The notes under the pieces were generated by a model. That model made no database searches. It worked only from the letters and a program-made list of their open reading frames with translations, and had not been told where the DNA came from. A DNA stretch of 64,000 nucleotides. Origin: Nemertoderma westbladi (Eukaryota; Animalia; Xenacoelomorpha). The stretch lies in contig JAUCBJ010008770.1 of assembly GCA_032718475.1 (NCBI GenBank), positions 28,157 to 92,156 on the forward strand, read 5' to 3'. Position 1 is the first letter of the stretch, and each line of letters opens with the position of its first letter. Both the position numbers and the translations under genes were made by a program. Below, piece after piece: positions 12,730 to 26,238 of this stretch.

Positions 12730-14220
12730 CTCAAGAAAAATTACGCGATTCCTAAATTTGTACACTACCCGGTTAAAAAGTACGCATGTGATGGGGAAAG
12801 TTATTTTCGGTAAAATAAAATTATCATACGAGGTTAAGACCCCTAGATCCCTTCCTATAATAAAAATATGTGAGCCGGTGGATTTTGTGCCGGGTTAATT
12901 TAAAGGATAAAGTTTAAACTGATGGAGGGAAGTAATATTTACATTTTTGAAAAGCGTTTTAGAAATATTTGTTTTCCTGAAGCAATGGTACCTGTATGCG
13001 TGAACAGAACTGGAGGGAGGGTCCAGCGTCATTTGGTCCTTTGGGCGTTAGGTCCGGCGTCGACCGATGCGGGACTAACGACGCAGGACACATACCGGTA
13101 AGATCGCATTCACTCACAGGACGAATAAATGACGAATAAATGGTTCAATGCAGCAATACCCGCAGTGTCCACAAGATGGCGCACATTACTGCTATCGGCT
13201 ACCGGTAGCAGTAGTGCGGTACCAATACTTTCACTTGACCTGCTTTCTGTCTCAGTAGTTCGCTCCTACGACCTCCGCACTGCGCAGCAGCGGTTTGGTT
13301 TGCCGACTGCTTGCAGCCTAGACCTAACATTAACGCTTGCGCGCTGGCACAATATAATTCTTATTATTATATTATCTTACATTAATAAATTATAATTAGC
13401 ATATGGGTTGGGCATCCGTGTGTCGGTATTGTGTTAGTGAGGCTGAGCCCAACCAAATACAAAAATTCTTGGCAAAAAGTAGTCAGTCAGCTCAGCGTAG
13501 ATATAGTCATAAAAGGATAAATAGCTCTGTTGTAGAATTTATCATATTCATAATATGAATGAATATCATTGAAAGAAACTATGAAAAAAATTGAATTGTA
13601 TTCCATTGTATTTGCTTTTATGTTTAAATTTGTTTGAATTTAAAATAAAATTTACTTTTTTAGAATATTTACATTAATTGTAAATTAAGAGGGGGCCGAG
13701 CAGGGGAAAACCTAATGTATGCTGAGATGATGGAGCATATATTCTACCTACAGTGAACTCAACCGAATACACCCAAGTTTGTTCCACTTTACCTACAGTG
13801 AACTCAACCGAATACACCCGAGTTTGTTCCACCTTACCTACAGTGAACTCAACCGAATACACCCGAGTTTATTCCACCTTACCTGCAGTGAACTCAACCG
13901 AATACACCCGAGTTTGTTCCACCTTACCTACAGTGAACTCAACCGAATACACCCGAGTTTGTTCCACCTTACCTACAGTGAACTCAACCGAATACACCCG
14001 AGTTTATTCCACCTTACCTGCAGTGAACTCAACCGAATACACCCGAGTTTGTTCCACCTTACCTACAGTGAACTCAACCGAATACACCCGAGTTTGTTCC
14101 ACTTTACCTACAGTGAACTCAACCGAATACACCCGAGTTTGTTCCACCTTATCTACAGTGAACTCAACCGAATTGACCCGAGTTTGTTCCACCTTACCTA
14201 CAGTGAACTCAACCGAATAC

Positions 14221-16724
14221 TAGTGTTGAGAACTGTAACTGTAATTATACTGTAACTGCAACTGTAACTGAATGGTTTTGATGATTTTTTTGATACTGTA
14301 ACTATAACTGTAACTGTAATTGCGAATTTTGAATACTGTAACTGTAACTGAAACTGTAATTACGAATTTTGAATACTGTAACTGAAACTGAAATTAACAA
14401 AATCCGATTCAGTTCTCAATCACACAATTAACATGAATGAGCATTTAAAACAGTATTGTAATAAAGTATAGAGTATAGTTTAATAAATGAATAACAGTGG
14501 TTACCATAGGTATCATTTTTAAAACATTGTTATAAAAAAACAATCTAATTTTTTCCACTTCTGAACAAAACCATAATATTACACAATATAAAATCAAAGA
14601 CCCATTGCCCACTTAGCTCAAATGTGATTTATTTGGCGAGTCAAGTAGTGGGGTAAATCTTTTCGACCTACGCGTAGGCCTACGCGTAGCTACGCGTAGC
14701 TACGCGTAGCTACGCGTAGTTTGTAACTTCCATTCCTGTCATTTACCGGTAGGGCCAGACTTACTGCCTTTTTAACAACTACGCGTAGGTGTTTTAAAAC
14801 TACGCGTAGTTATTTTGGAACTACGCGTAGGTATTTTGAAACTACGCGTAGGTGCTACGCGTAGCTACGCGTAGGTACTACGCGTAGCAGTCCTGATAAC
14901 AATGATTTTTCATTTCAGGTCCGGTAGGGTTGAGTTGTTAGGCAAGTATCGGTACATGTCAGGTATCTGATTATCAGACAAATGTAATATCAGAATCGGA
15001 AACTCATATCTCTATACAGCACTGGTAATAAATAATATTCGGCTCTTTCACATAAAAACACAGAGGATGAATAAAAAGTAAACTTAAAATTCACGTCTCA
15101 TGATTCAAGTATCTTTGTTTCCATTGGATTATTTAAATATTGAACAGTAGTAAATAAAGCGACCAGTCTACCGGTGAAGAGGTTAAGCGAAAGCTGATAA
15201 ATACTGCATATAATCAAATTGTTTGGTCAAATGACAAGTGCAACCAGCAATCATGGTAGACAATTTAGTCTCCCCCTTCCCTTGTCAAGGGGTTAACATA
15301 TTAAAAACAGTATATCCTAGTTGCCCTATCGTGAACAAAGGCAATAAAAAGCATAGAGAATCGAAGAACCATCGGCCTATTTCCTTTGTAAACTATTTTT
15401 GAACTCTAAACATTAATTATTAACACATTTTAGCACCCGCAACGCATGAAGTGAAGAATATGTAGTCTTCGCGTATTCCTCTATATAGAGTATACAGGTA
15501 TAGGATGCATTACTGTTGAAAGCATTTTGATGGTTGTGGGTTGTTTATTGAACATACCGTATTGTATCTTATTTTAGTACTGACTCGCTTGGAATACGTT
15601 AAACGACGTATAGGCATAGTTATGGGTAGCACCTATGCGTAGGTCGCGTAGGACCTACGCGTAGCTACGCGTAGCACCTACGCGTAGCTACGCGTAGGAC
15701 CTACGCGTAGTTATTGTTAAAACTCTGAAACTGGTGATATATGACCCAATGTTGCGAACTACGCGTAGCTACGCGTAGCTACGCGTAGGCCTACGCGTAG
15801 GTCGAAAAGATTTACCCAAGTAGTGAACGAAGATCTACAGTAGCATATAGTCTATGTTTATCTGTCTCAACTATTAGACTATTATCAGCCTTATCACCAC
15901 TTTTGCTTCATATTAAATGTAAATGTTTTAGATAAACAAAGAAAAGTTAGGCCTAATGGTAGAGGGATATTAACGGATATATATTTTACATTATTAATTA
16001 TTAATGTTACCGGTACTATTAATATCACAATCACACTAGAGGCACAATGGAAATTAAATTTTGATCAAGTTTACCATTATAAATTACAAAATTAAACTTA
16101 AAAGTGAAAGGAGCAGCTTATCGAGGTGGGTCTAACCAAAACAATAAATATATGATTACTAAAACAAATTACGAATTAAGGAAAATGAGCAGGATTCAGA
16201 AGCATGGCTTTATAACCAAAACAATAAATGATAACAGTACTGTACAAGCACTGGAACAAGATGTACAGTAAAATGTGGGTGCTTAGTGTGATCTTGTGAC
16301 GTGCCACTTTCATTACATACTATCAGTATATTAGTTACAATACGAGTGGGTCCAACTTTCCTACAACAACTACCTATTAGCTCTACAAAGAGGACGTTTC
16401 ATAATGAACATTATTATTAGCGTATATAACAGTAATATATTAAAGTGCCTCATTTTTAGTTTCAGATGACTGCTTACTACGTGAGATCATATATATTGAA
16501 TCTATAACTGAAACTGTAACTGAAACTGAAATGCTCAATTTTGTAATACTGAAACTGTAACTGTAACTGAAATGTTACACTTTGTAATACTGAAACTGTA
16601 ACTGTAACTGAAATGCAAAACTTTGAATACTGAAACTGTAACTGTAACTGAAATGCAAAACTTTGAATACTGAAACTGTAACTGTAACTGAAATTAGTCA
16701 AAATTGATTCAGTTCTCAACACTA
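14221..16724. mobile_element. Non-autonomous hAT-like element
   Basis: 15-bp TIR TAGTGTTGAGAACTG; 8-bp TSD CCGAATAC (14213-14220, 16725-16732); sub-terminal AACTGT/AACTGA arrays; no transposase ORF. Confidence 0.88.
14651..15817. mobile_element. MITE with CTACGCGTAG palindrome arrays, nested in the hAT-like element
   Basis: TIR GGGTAAATCTTTTCGACCTACGCGTAGGCCTACGCGTAG...; TSD AAGTAGTG (14643-14650, 15818-15825). GG termini with an 8-bp TSD are Merlin-like (inference). Confidence 0.85.
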
Positions 16725-19700
16725 CCGAATACACCCGAGTTTGTTCCACCTTACCTACAGTGAACTCAACCGAATACACCCGAGTTTATTCCACCTTACC
16801 TGCAGTGAACTCAACCGAATACACCCGAGTTTGTTCCACCTTACCTACAGTGAACTCAACCGAATACACCCAAGTTTGTTCCACTTTACCTACAGTGAAC
16901 TCAACCGAATACACCCGAGTTTGTTCCACCTTACCTACAGTGAACTCAACCGAATACACCCGAGTTTGTTCCACTTTACCTACAGTGAACTCAACCGAAT
17001 ACACCCGAGTTTGTTCCACCTTATCTACAGTGAACTCAACCGAATTGACCCGAGTTTGTTCCACCTTACCTACAGTGAACTCAACCGAATACACCCGAGT
17101 TTGTTCCACTTTACCTACAGTGAACTCAACCGAATACACCCGAGTTTGTTCCACCTTATCTACAGTGAACTCAACCGAATTGACCCGAGTTTGTTCCACC
17201 TTACCTACAGTGAACTCAACCGAATACACCCGAGTTTGTTCCACCTTACCTACAGTGAACTCAACCGAATACACCCGAGTTTGTTCCACCTTACCTACAG
17301 TGAACTCAACCGAATACACCCGAGTTTGTTCCACCTTACCTACAGTGAACTCAACCAAATACACCCGAGTTTGTTCCACCTTACCTACAGTGAACTCAAC
17401 CAAATACACCCGAGTTGGTTCCACCTTACCTACAGTGAACTCAACCGAATACACCCGAGTTTGTTCCACCTTACCTACAGTGAACTCAACCGAATACACC
17501 CGAGTTTGTTCCACCTTACCTACAGTGAACTCAACCGAATACACTCGAGTTGGTTCCACCTTACCTACAGTGAACTCAACCGAATACACCCGAGTTTGTT
17601 CCACCTTACCTACAGTGAACTCAACCGAATACACCCGAGTTTGTTCCACTTTACCTACAGTGAACTCAACCGAATACACCCGAGTTTGTTCCACCTTACC
17701 TACAGTGAACTCAACCGAATACACCCGAGTTTGTTCCACCTTACCTACAGTGAACTCAACCGAATACACCCGAGTTTGTTCCACCTTACCTACAGTGAAC
17801 TCAACCGAATACACCCGAGTTTGTTCTACCTTACCTACAGTGAACTCAACCGAATACACCCGAGTTTGTTCCACCTTACCTACAGTGAACTCAACCGAAT
17901 ACACCCGAGTTTGTTCCACCTTACCTACAGTGAACTCAACCGAATACACCCGAGTTTGTTCCACCTTACCTACAGTGAACTCAACCGAATACACCCGAGT
18001 TTGTTCCACTTTACCTACAGTGAACTCAACCGAATACACCCGAGTTTGTTCCACCTTACCTACAGTGAACTCAACCGAATACACCCGAGTTTGTTCCACC
18101 TTACCTACAGTGAACTCAACCGAATACACCCGAGTTTGTTCCACTTTACCTACAGTGAACTCAACCGAATACACCCGAGTTTGTTCCACCTTACCTACAG
18201 TGAACTCAACCGAATACACCCGAGTTTGTTCCACTTTACCTACAGTGAACTCAACCGAATACACCCGAGTTTGTTCCACCTTACCTACAGTGAACTCAAC
18301 CGAATACACCCGAGTTTGTTCCACCTTACCTACAGTGAACTCAACCGAATACACCCGAGTTTGTTCCACCCTACCTACAGTGAACTCAACCGAATACACC
18401 CGAGTTTGTTCCACTTTACCTACAGTGAACTCAACCGAATACACCCGAGTTTGTTCCACCTTACCTACAGTGAACTCAACCGAATACACTCGAGTTGGTT
18501 CCACCTTACCTACAGTGAACTCAACCGAATACACCCGAGTTTGTTCCACCTTACCTACAGTGAACTCAACCGAATACACCCGAGTTTGTTCCACCTTACC
18601 TACAGTGAACTCAACCGAATACACACGAGTTTGTTCCACCTTACCTACAGTGAACTCAACCGAATACACCCGAGTTTGTCCCACCTTACCTACAGTGAAC
18701 TCAACCGAATACACCCGAGTTTGTTCCACCTTACCTACAGTGAACTCAACCGAATACACCCGAGTTTGTTCCACTTTACCTACAGTGAACTCAACCGAAT
18801 ACACCTGAGTGTGTTCCACCTTATCTACAGTGAACTCAACCGAATACACCCGAGTTTGTTCCACCTTACCTACAGTGAACTCAACCAAATACACCCGAGT
18901 TGGTTCCACTTTATCTACAGTGAACTCAACCGAATACACCCGAGTTTGTTCCATTCTACCTACAGTGAACTCAACCGAATACACCCGAGTTTGTTCCACC
19001 TTACCTACAGTGAACTCAACCAAATACACCCGAGTTGGTTCCACTTTATCTACAGTGAACTCAACCGAATACACCCGAGTTTGTTCCATCTTACCTGCAG
19101 TGAACTCAACCGAATACACCCGAGTTTGTTCCACCTTACCTACAGTGAACTCAACCGAATACACCCGAGTTTGTTCCATCTTACCTGCAGTGAACTCAAC
19201 CGAATACACCCGAGTTTGTTCCACCTTACCTACAGTGAACTCAACCGAATACACCCGAGTTTGTTCCACCTTACCTACAGTGAACTCAACCGAATACACC
19301 CGAGTTTGTTCCACCTTACCTACAGTGAACTCAACCGAATACACCCGAGTTTGTTCCACTTTACCTACAGTGAACTCAACCGAATACACCCGAGTTTGTT
19401 CCACCTTACCTACAGTGAACTCAACCAAATACACCCGAGTTTGTTCCACCTTACCTACAGTGAACTCAACCAAATACACCCGAGTTTGTTCCACTTTACC
19501 TACAGTGAACTCAACCGAATACACCTGAGTGTGTTCCACCTTATCTACAGTGAACTCAACCGAATACACCCGAGTTTGTTCCACCTTACCTACAGTGAAC
19601 TCAACCGAATACACCCGAGTTTGTTCCACTTTACCTACAGTGAACTCAACCGAATACACCCGAGTGTGTTCTACCTTATCTACAGTGAACTCAACCGAAT

Positions 19701-19769
19701 ACACCCGAGTTTGTTCCACCTTACCTACAGTGAACTCAACCGAATACACCCGAGTTTGTTCCACCTTAC

Positions 19770-20191
19770 CTATAGACATTTCAACGAGGCCGTCGTCCTC
19801 TGCCCGGACGAGTTTAAGAAACTGATCCCCAGACAAACTGTTTACGGGTTTCTCCTTAACGTAACGGAATGTGTAAACCGGATGCGATTCGTCGATCTCC
19901 TTAACGCCGCGTTTCGTTGGATTCACGTTGAGTTTGGCGCGGTCTCGGAACACCGCCCGGACGATGGAACGCACGAGCGGGTCGCGGGCCAGTTGCGTGG
20001 CAACCACGAACCGTGCTGCCTCGACGACGGCCTCAGTGGTCGCTAGTTGCGGCGTAAGGAATGCATCCGCCGCCTCCAACGGCTCCTGGCTATCCTGTTC
20101 AACCTCGTGGCGTTGGTAGTTGTCGCGTAGATTCTCGCCGAATTCAGACGCCGTCAGCCCGTATTTGGAGGCGAAACCTTGGATTCCCAAT
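19770..20191 (-). CDS. SUPT6H: SPT6 exon 4
   Basis: KYGLTASEFGENLRDNYQRHEVEQ, PTKRGVKEIDESHP, QFLKLVRAEDDGL; tttag|A acceptor (phase 2), G|GTAAG donor (phase 1). Confidence 0.95.
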
Positions 20192-20639
20192 CTAAATTGT
20201 TAACAAGAATCGTTAAATAAACTCTAAAGTAAAGGAGAAATATTTTCATTCCTTTTTTTTTAGAATATTTTTCGGCCATTAGGCCAGTGATTACACACAA
20301 ACTCAGACGACTTATTTCCAGTGCAGTCCCCCTAGAACTATACTCCCCTGGGAAAATTGGAACTCATTTGACTCCATTTTAAGGATGCAAGGCAGACATG
20401 CGCTAGCTAGCCCCTATAAAGTATTCGTGCCGAAATGCAAACTACCATGGTCCCTTTAAACTTCGACCTTCGGAAATATGTAAAAATTCAATGTAACGAA
20501 TTTAACCACTTCCCCAAAGGTGGTACTTATTAGTGCACATTAAAAACAGTGTAAGTAAGTATTACGTGCGTGCAACTAAAATTGATCTAAATGCTGTAAG
20601 TAAAGGAGAAAGTTTGCGAAATTATGTGATTGTTTACCT

Positions 20640-20810
20640 AGAATGTCCCTAATGTATAAAATAGACTAGACTAGGTGAGTATCTGGCTAGTATATATGGT
20701 GAAAAGGAAACTCCACAATGGCACATGTTAAGGGATCGAACCCACAATCGAACCCAGAGATGCAAATTAAAGGGAATGGGTTAAACCGCTACACCAAGGT
20801 GAGACAAGGA
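20640..20810 (-). mobile_element. Degenerate tRNA-derived SINE
   Basis: The minus strand has an A-box-like TGGTGTAGCGG and a B-box-like GGTTCGATCCC; no intact cloverleaf. Confidence 0.45.
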
Positions 20811-20902
20811 TTTGGAGTGTCGATACTTTCTTAAAATAAGTTTGTTTGTTTCCAGACAGTCAGTTTTTAGGTCTCAACTGACTTGTGTTCCACTAGGATT
20901 AC

Positions 20903-21327
20903 CTTATTATATAATCGTAGGTTCCCCTCCTGGAGGACTGCCGCAAGTCCTTGGTGGAACCACCACTCGGGTTGTTCCCGTCTGCGTTCTTCGCCTTGAA
21001 GTACTCGTTCATCTTGGCTACGTGCGACCCGTAGTAGAGCATGGCGTGGCTGTACCTGTCAGCCAACTCCGATTCGCTTTGTACCCCCGTCACCGCCTGT
21101 ATGTCCGAATCCTCCAGCGTCCGGTGGCCCTCTGGTAACGGATCATCCTTGTTGCCAAGGATACTCGCGTACTGGAACTCCTGCATGTGATGCAGGAATC
21201 TCGCGATCGCTCGTTTGGAACGTCGCAGTCGGCACCAACGCTCGTCTAAGTCGAAGATCCGCCATAGATCGTAGATGGATAGATCAGGGGACATGTATTC
21301 CTTGCGATAGAAGGCGATAAATGGAAC
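20903..21327 (-). CDS. SUPT6H: SPT6 exon 3
   Basis: VPFIAFYRKEY...DLWRIFDLDERW; ccag|GTT acceptor, AG|GTAAT donor. Confidence 0.95.
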
Positions 21328-21570
21328 CTGGAAGGAGACGAGGAGAAAGTTCATTAAGTTATTTCATATATCAGTGTGAAGAATAATAAGCCTAATTCTC
21401 TGTTGTTTTTAAGGAAAAAAACATATATAAAACTAATAATATTATTATTAATGTGTATTCCCCGTACTAGGCCGGTATCATTAAAAACACGAGGCAGATA
21501 TAAATAAAATGCAAAGTAAATCGCTCCAAATAAAATAAAAGTCACAAATTAAAATCGTTACATTTAATCA

Positions 21571-24252
21571 ATATGTGGGTCATTGCCAACCATATTGGCC
21601 AATGTCACGTACGTGATTTTTTTAAATTTGTTGAATTTTGAAATTAACTTTGAGAATTTGCCATTGTGATGGTTAGAAAGGGCGATAATTTCTGCATATG
21701 AAACCAGAAAGTGCCCCATATATTTCTTGGTCGTTATTGATAGAAACGTTCCGGAATGCAAAAATTGAGAAAATTTTTTTGTTATACGATTATTATAAAT
21801 TTTGACATTTATTTTGAAATTAAAAACAAGTCATAAAATTCTTCAAAGAACTCCTCCGTACTAGAATTAAAATCCAGTTGATCGTCCTTCCCACTGCCAA
21901 CTCCTGTTCCATTCCCAACTTCCATCCACTACTGCCCCAATCTCAAAACCCTTTCCACAAATAGTTAATTTGGTAATAAATTAATTTGGTCTGTTGTCAA
22001 TTAAGGGGAAGGAGCAGGTTACAGTTTATCTGTGACTTGTATAAGACCCCAACCATTAATTAAATGTAAGTAATTCAATGTTTAGTTAGACCATGATTAA
22101 CTTATGCCCCAAACACAATGTCAAGTATGGGACAGGCCGTCAAGTTATGGGACATGGCAGTTTTTTCAACCTGGCCAAATAAATGTTTACGTAGCAGTCT
22201 CATTGATACAACCCATACGGCTTTATGCCTGGTAAGTCATGCCTAACGAATCTTCTTGAGTATTTAGAATGCCTAACCAAGCTTGTTCATGAAGGTCACT
22301 CTGTCGATGTCATCTACCTAGATTTCAGCAAGGCCTTTGACAAGGTCCCACATTATCGATAATTAGTTAAGCTAGAGGCACTCGGTATGGCAACTGTTGC
22401 ACTGTGGCCACTGTGGCAAACTACTACGATGGATAGAGGTATGGTTATCTGATAGACTTCAGCGGGTGGTACTCAATGGTGCATTCTCTAATTGGGCTCC
22501 AGTTCTTTCCGGTGTTCCACAGGGGTCAGTTCTGGGACCATTACTTTTTGTAATTTATATCAACGACATCGATAGTGCTATTGATACTGTTGGACACTTC
22601 ATGTTTAAGTTTGCAGACGACACTAAACTCGGTGGTATTGTAAACAATGCTTGTGACAGGACAAAATTACAGGCCGACATTGACAACCTCTATAAATGGA
22701 GTATAGACTGGCAGATGTTGTTTAATTATTCTAAATGTCACATTTTGCACTTTGGTAAACATAACTACGACTTTCAATACACCATTTCAAGCCATACGCT
22801 GCAAAGTGTTACCGTCGAAAAGGATGTTGGGGTGCACATCCACTCTTCATTAAAGCCATCATATCATTGTGCAGCTGCTGCAAAGAAGGCTAATCAGGTA
22901 TTAGGTCAAATGTCTGGAGCTTCCATTTTAGGGACAAATCAACTTGGGTGCGTCTATACAAACAATATGTCCGTCCACATCTCGAATATTGTGTGCAGTC
23001 ATAGTCACCATGCCTACTAAGACACATTAAACTTTTAGAATCAGTGCAGGAGCGGGCTGTTCGTTGATATCCAATCATACTTCCTCGTCTAATATTGATA
23101 AGTTAAAAGAGATCGGACTTCCATCCCTTGAATTTAGGCGTGACAGAGGAGACATGCTACAAACGTGGAAGTTTATTCATAACAAGACTGCCAGTAGTCC
23201 TAATACCTGGTTTAATTTGATGCAGGATATAAGCCAGCGTATCACACGACTTGCCTCTCACGATCTAAATTTCATTAAACCTCCTGCTCATCTAGACATT
23301 CGCGACAAGTTTTATAGTATCAGATGTGTCCGTAACTGGAACTCATTACCTGACAAGATTAAGAGTGCTACGACCGTCGACAGCTTCAAGTCTCTATATG
23401 ACCAGCACATGTCCAACACATAGACTTTTAGAACGGTATTAATGTGTGTGCATATTATTATTAAATGTTTTTCACTGTATTGTGTATTTCTGTATTATTT
23501 TTTTTCTTTTGGTTTTCTTGGTATCTTATATTTAATCTGTTAGGTTCCTTAGGATTATCTTTATTAAATTAAATTAAATACATGGCAAAACTATCTGAGA
23601 TATGGATGTGGTAATCTAAATCTCTATGAATTAGCGTTTTCTGATGAAAAACCTCCGTTAAGTATGGGACACTGTTTTGGACACGCTCACGCAATTTATT
23701 TATATGAACTGCTAAACCACCAAAAATTGCCAATCTAACGGAAACACATGGAAGAATATAAGTGGAAGTGTTAACACATCGGGTTAATGGCACATATTTG
23801 ACAATTTATATGCTATTAAATTAATCATTTTCATGTACCGAGTGTCACGTATGTGACAAAAAATCGGACCACGTTAATTTTTTTGTATTTCAAATATCTC
23901 AATTTACTTCGAAACTATGTTTATTTGTTCACAGGAATTATACTCAGCAGGGATATTAATCGTTTGGCACCTGAATTGTAATTTTAATGGCCAAAATGAG
24001 CCCGAAATCACAACCATAAAATTTGCAAAATGTCCCATAAGAGACGATTTTTGTTTTAAAAATTCGTTGTAGCTTTTTCTATAACAAACTGTGGTTGCAG
24101 TGTATCACAGCAGGACGGGACCGATTATTGTGTATCTGGCGATCAAATTATTATAAAAGCCACCCGACCATTCATTCTCGAATGATTTACATTTTTGTAT
24201 ATTTTTTCCCCGTACGTGACTTGGTCAATATGGTTGGCATTGACCCATGTAT
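21571..24252. mobile_element. Degenerate TIR element hosting a LINE insertion
   Basis: About 40-bp imperfect inverted repeats GTGGGTCATTGCCAACCATATTGGCCAATGTCACGTACG / CGTACGTGACTTGGTCAATATGGTTGGCATTGACCCAT. Confidence 0.6.
22195..23580 (+). mobile_element. 5'-truncated, frameshifted CR1-clade LINE (RT C-terminal half and 3' tail)
   Basis: GFMPGKSCLTNLLEY, YLDFSKAFDKVPH, SGVPQGSVLGPLLF, KFADD, EKDVGV, RRDRGDM, WNSLP; stops and frameshifts; (AAATT)n tail near 23565. Confidence 0.9.
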
Positions 24253-25356
24253 TTCACCACCAGATGTCCCTACTGGTTGAAGAACTGAAAGATTCTTTTC
24301 CGTATAGGATATGTTACTGGCAAAGCAATTCCGAAGGAAATTTATGTTAATCTTATCTGATACGGCGAGAGCGGCAGGCAGTACTCGGTTTTTAAGGCTA
24401 CGGGGATGGAACTTCGAAAGTATTAAAGACCTAATATTTGGAAGCGGAAATGTGAACGTACTCCTGTTATAAGTTCTTTGAAATGTTGCTTGCAGGCTAT
24501 TAAATACTCTAACCAAAACAATAAACGAGAGTCAATACGACAATGGGACAAGCTATGTTGCTTTTTCCCGGGAAACCCAACTTGTTTTCGCGACGATTTT
24601 CCCCAGATAGGTGAGTCTTTGGACGCAATATAAATTCATCCCTTCCCTCGCAAGAATTTGCACCCCCCCCCCCCTGTCTCATGAACACATATCTGTCTAT
24701 TTCTACTATAATAATACACTGGAATTATCAATCACCAAACCCCCACCTTCGGCTTGAGCTCATATTGTAACCCGGAGGAACCTCCGGGCTCCGCCTCCTG
24801 ATGAAAGTTTAGCTCTGTCGCATCCCAAGTTTGTAGTGATACGAACTTGCCACACTACATGGCTCGCCCCATAGGATAATATACTCAGGGCGCACTGCAC
24901 GAAAGACGGACGAGCGCGAGCACTACATTGTGGTCACTCATTTGACTATATTTGATAGTATACGCCCAACACTATTCCGGTTAGTCATTCATTGCTAACA
25001 TGGTGGATTTCGATCAATGATGAATCACTAAATGGGCAAATAATTTGGGAAGCTAGTACTAAGAGCACGATTGATGGCTTAGATTTGAAGGAGCTACACA
25101 CACCATAATGTTTATGTAATATAGGTCAAATACATACAGTATACACTATACAGACTAGACACATCTAAAAACAACACTTTGTTTTTTGCTAAAACATCTT
25201 TTATGTTCCAAAATTTTAGCAAAAAAAGTTTAAACAATTGACTCTAAAATTTTCTCAATAATAGCTGATGACCCAACGTTGGTTGTTAAGAATGAGCCTC
25301 AGTTGTATGTTGGTACCGGTACTGGTACTGACCTATAAACAACTTGGGCATCCGCA

Positions 25357-26238
25357 TCTCACTCACTGACTGACTCACTCACTGACTGCCTGATTCACTC
25401 ACTGACTCACTCACTGACCCACTCACTCACTGACTGACTGACTCACTGACTCACTCACTGACCCAGTCACTGACTGACTCACTCACTGACTCACTCACTG
25501 ACCCACTCACCGACTGACTCACTCACCCACTGACTGACTCACTCACTGACCCAGTCACTGACTCACTCACTGACTGACTGACCCCACCCCTGACTCACTC
25601 ACTGACTCACCCACTGACCCACTCACTGAATGACTCACTCACCCACTGACTGACTCACTCATGCACTGACTCACTCACTAACTGACTCACTCACTGACGC
25701 ACTCACTGACTCACTCACTGACTGACTCACTCACTGTCTCACTCACTGACTGACTCACTCACTGACTCACTGTCTCACTCACTGTCTCACTCACTCACTG
25801 ACTGTCTCACTCAATCACTGACTCACTCACTCACTGACTGACTCACTTACTGTATCACTCACTGACTGAACCACTCACTGACTCACTCACTGACTGACTC
25901 ACTCATTGACTGACACACTCACTGACCCACTCACTGACTCACTCACTGACCCACTCACTGACTCACTCACTGACTGACTCACCCACTCACTGACTCATTC
26001 ACAGACTGACCCACTCACTCACTGACTCACTCACTGACTGACTCACTCACCCACTGACTCACTCACCCACTGACTGAATGATTCACTCACTCACTGACTC
26101 ACTCATGCACTGACTCACTCACTAACTGACTCACTCACTGACCCACTCACTGACTGACTCACTCACCGACTCACTCACTGACTGACCCACTCACTGTCTC
26201 ACTCACTTACTGACTGACTCACTCACAGACTCACTCAC
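25357..26238 (-). repeat. Compound (GTGA/GTCA)n microsatellite starting at the exon 2 donor
   Basis: Plus strand (ACTC/ACTG)n; the intron begins GTGAGTGAGTCTGTGAGT. Confidence 0.95.

Larger units (their letters stand above)
13747..19769 (-). repeat. 45-bp minisatellite (~78 units) starting at the exon 4 donor; interrupted by a hAT-like insertion
   Basis: Minus-strand unit GTAAGGTGGAACAAACTCGGGTGTATTCGGTTGAGTTCACTGTAG; the first unit starts at intron base 1 (19769). Confidence 0.97.

Noticed and set aside
13747-19769. CRISPR-like array, or independent genes from the 1101-aa and 682-aa plus-strand ORFs
   Set aside because: Head-to-tail identical units without spacers, no cas genes, eukaryotic intron; the ORFs are translations of a stop-free 45-bp unit.
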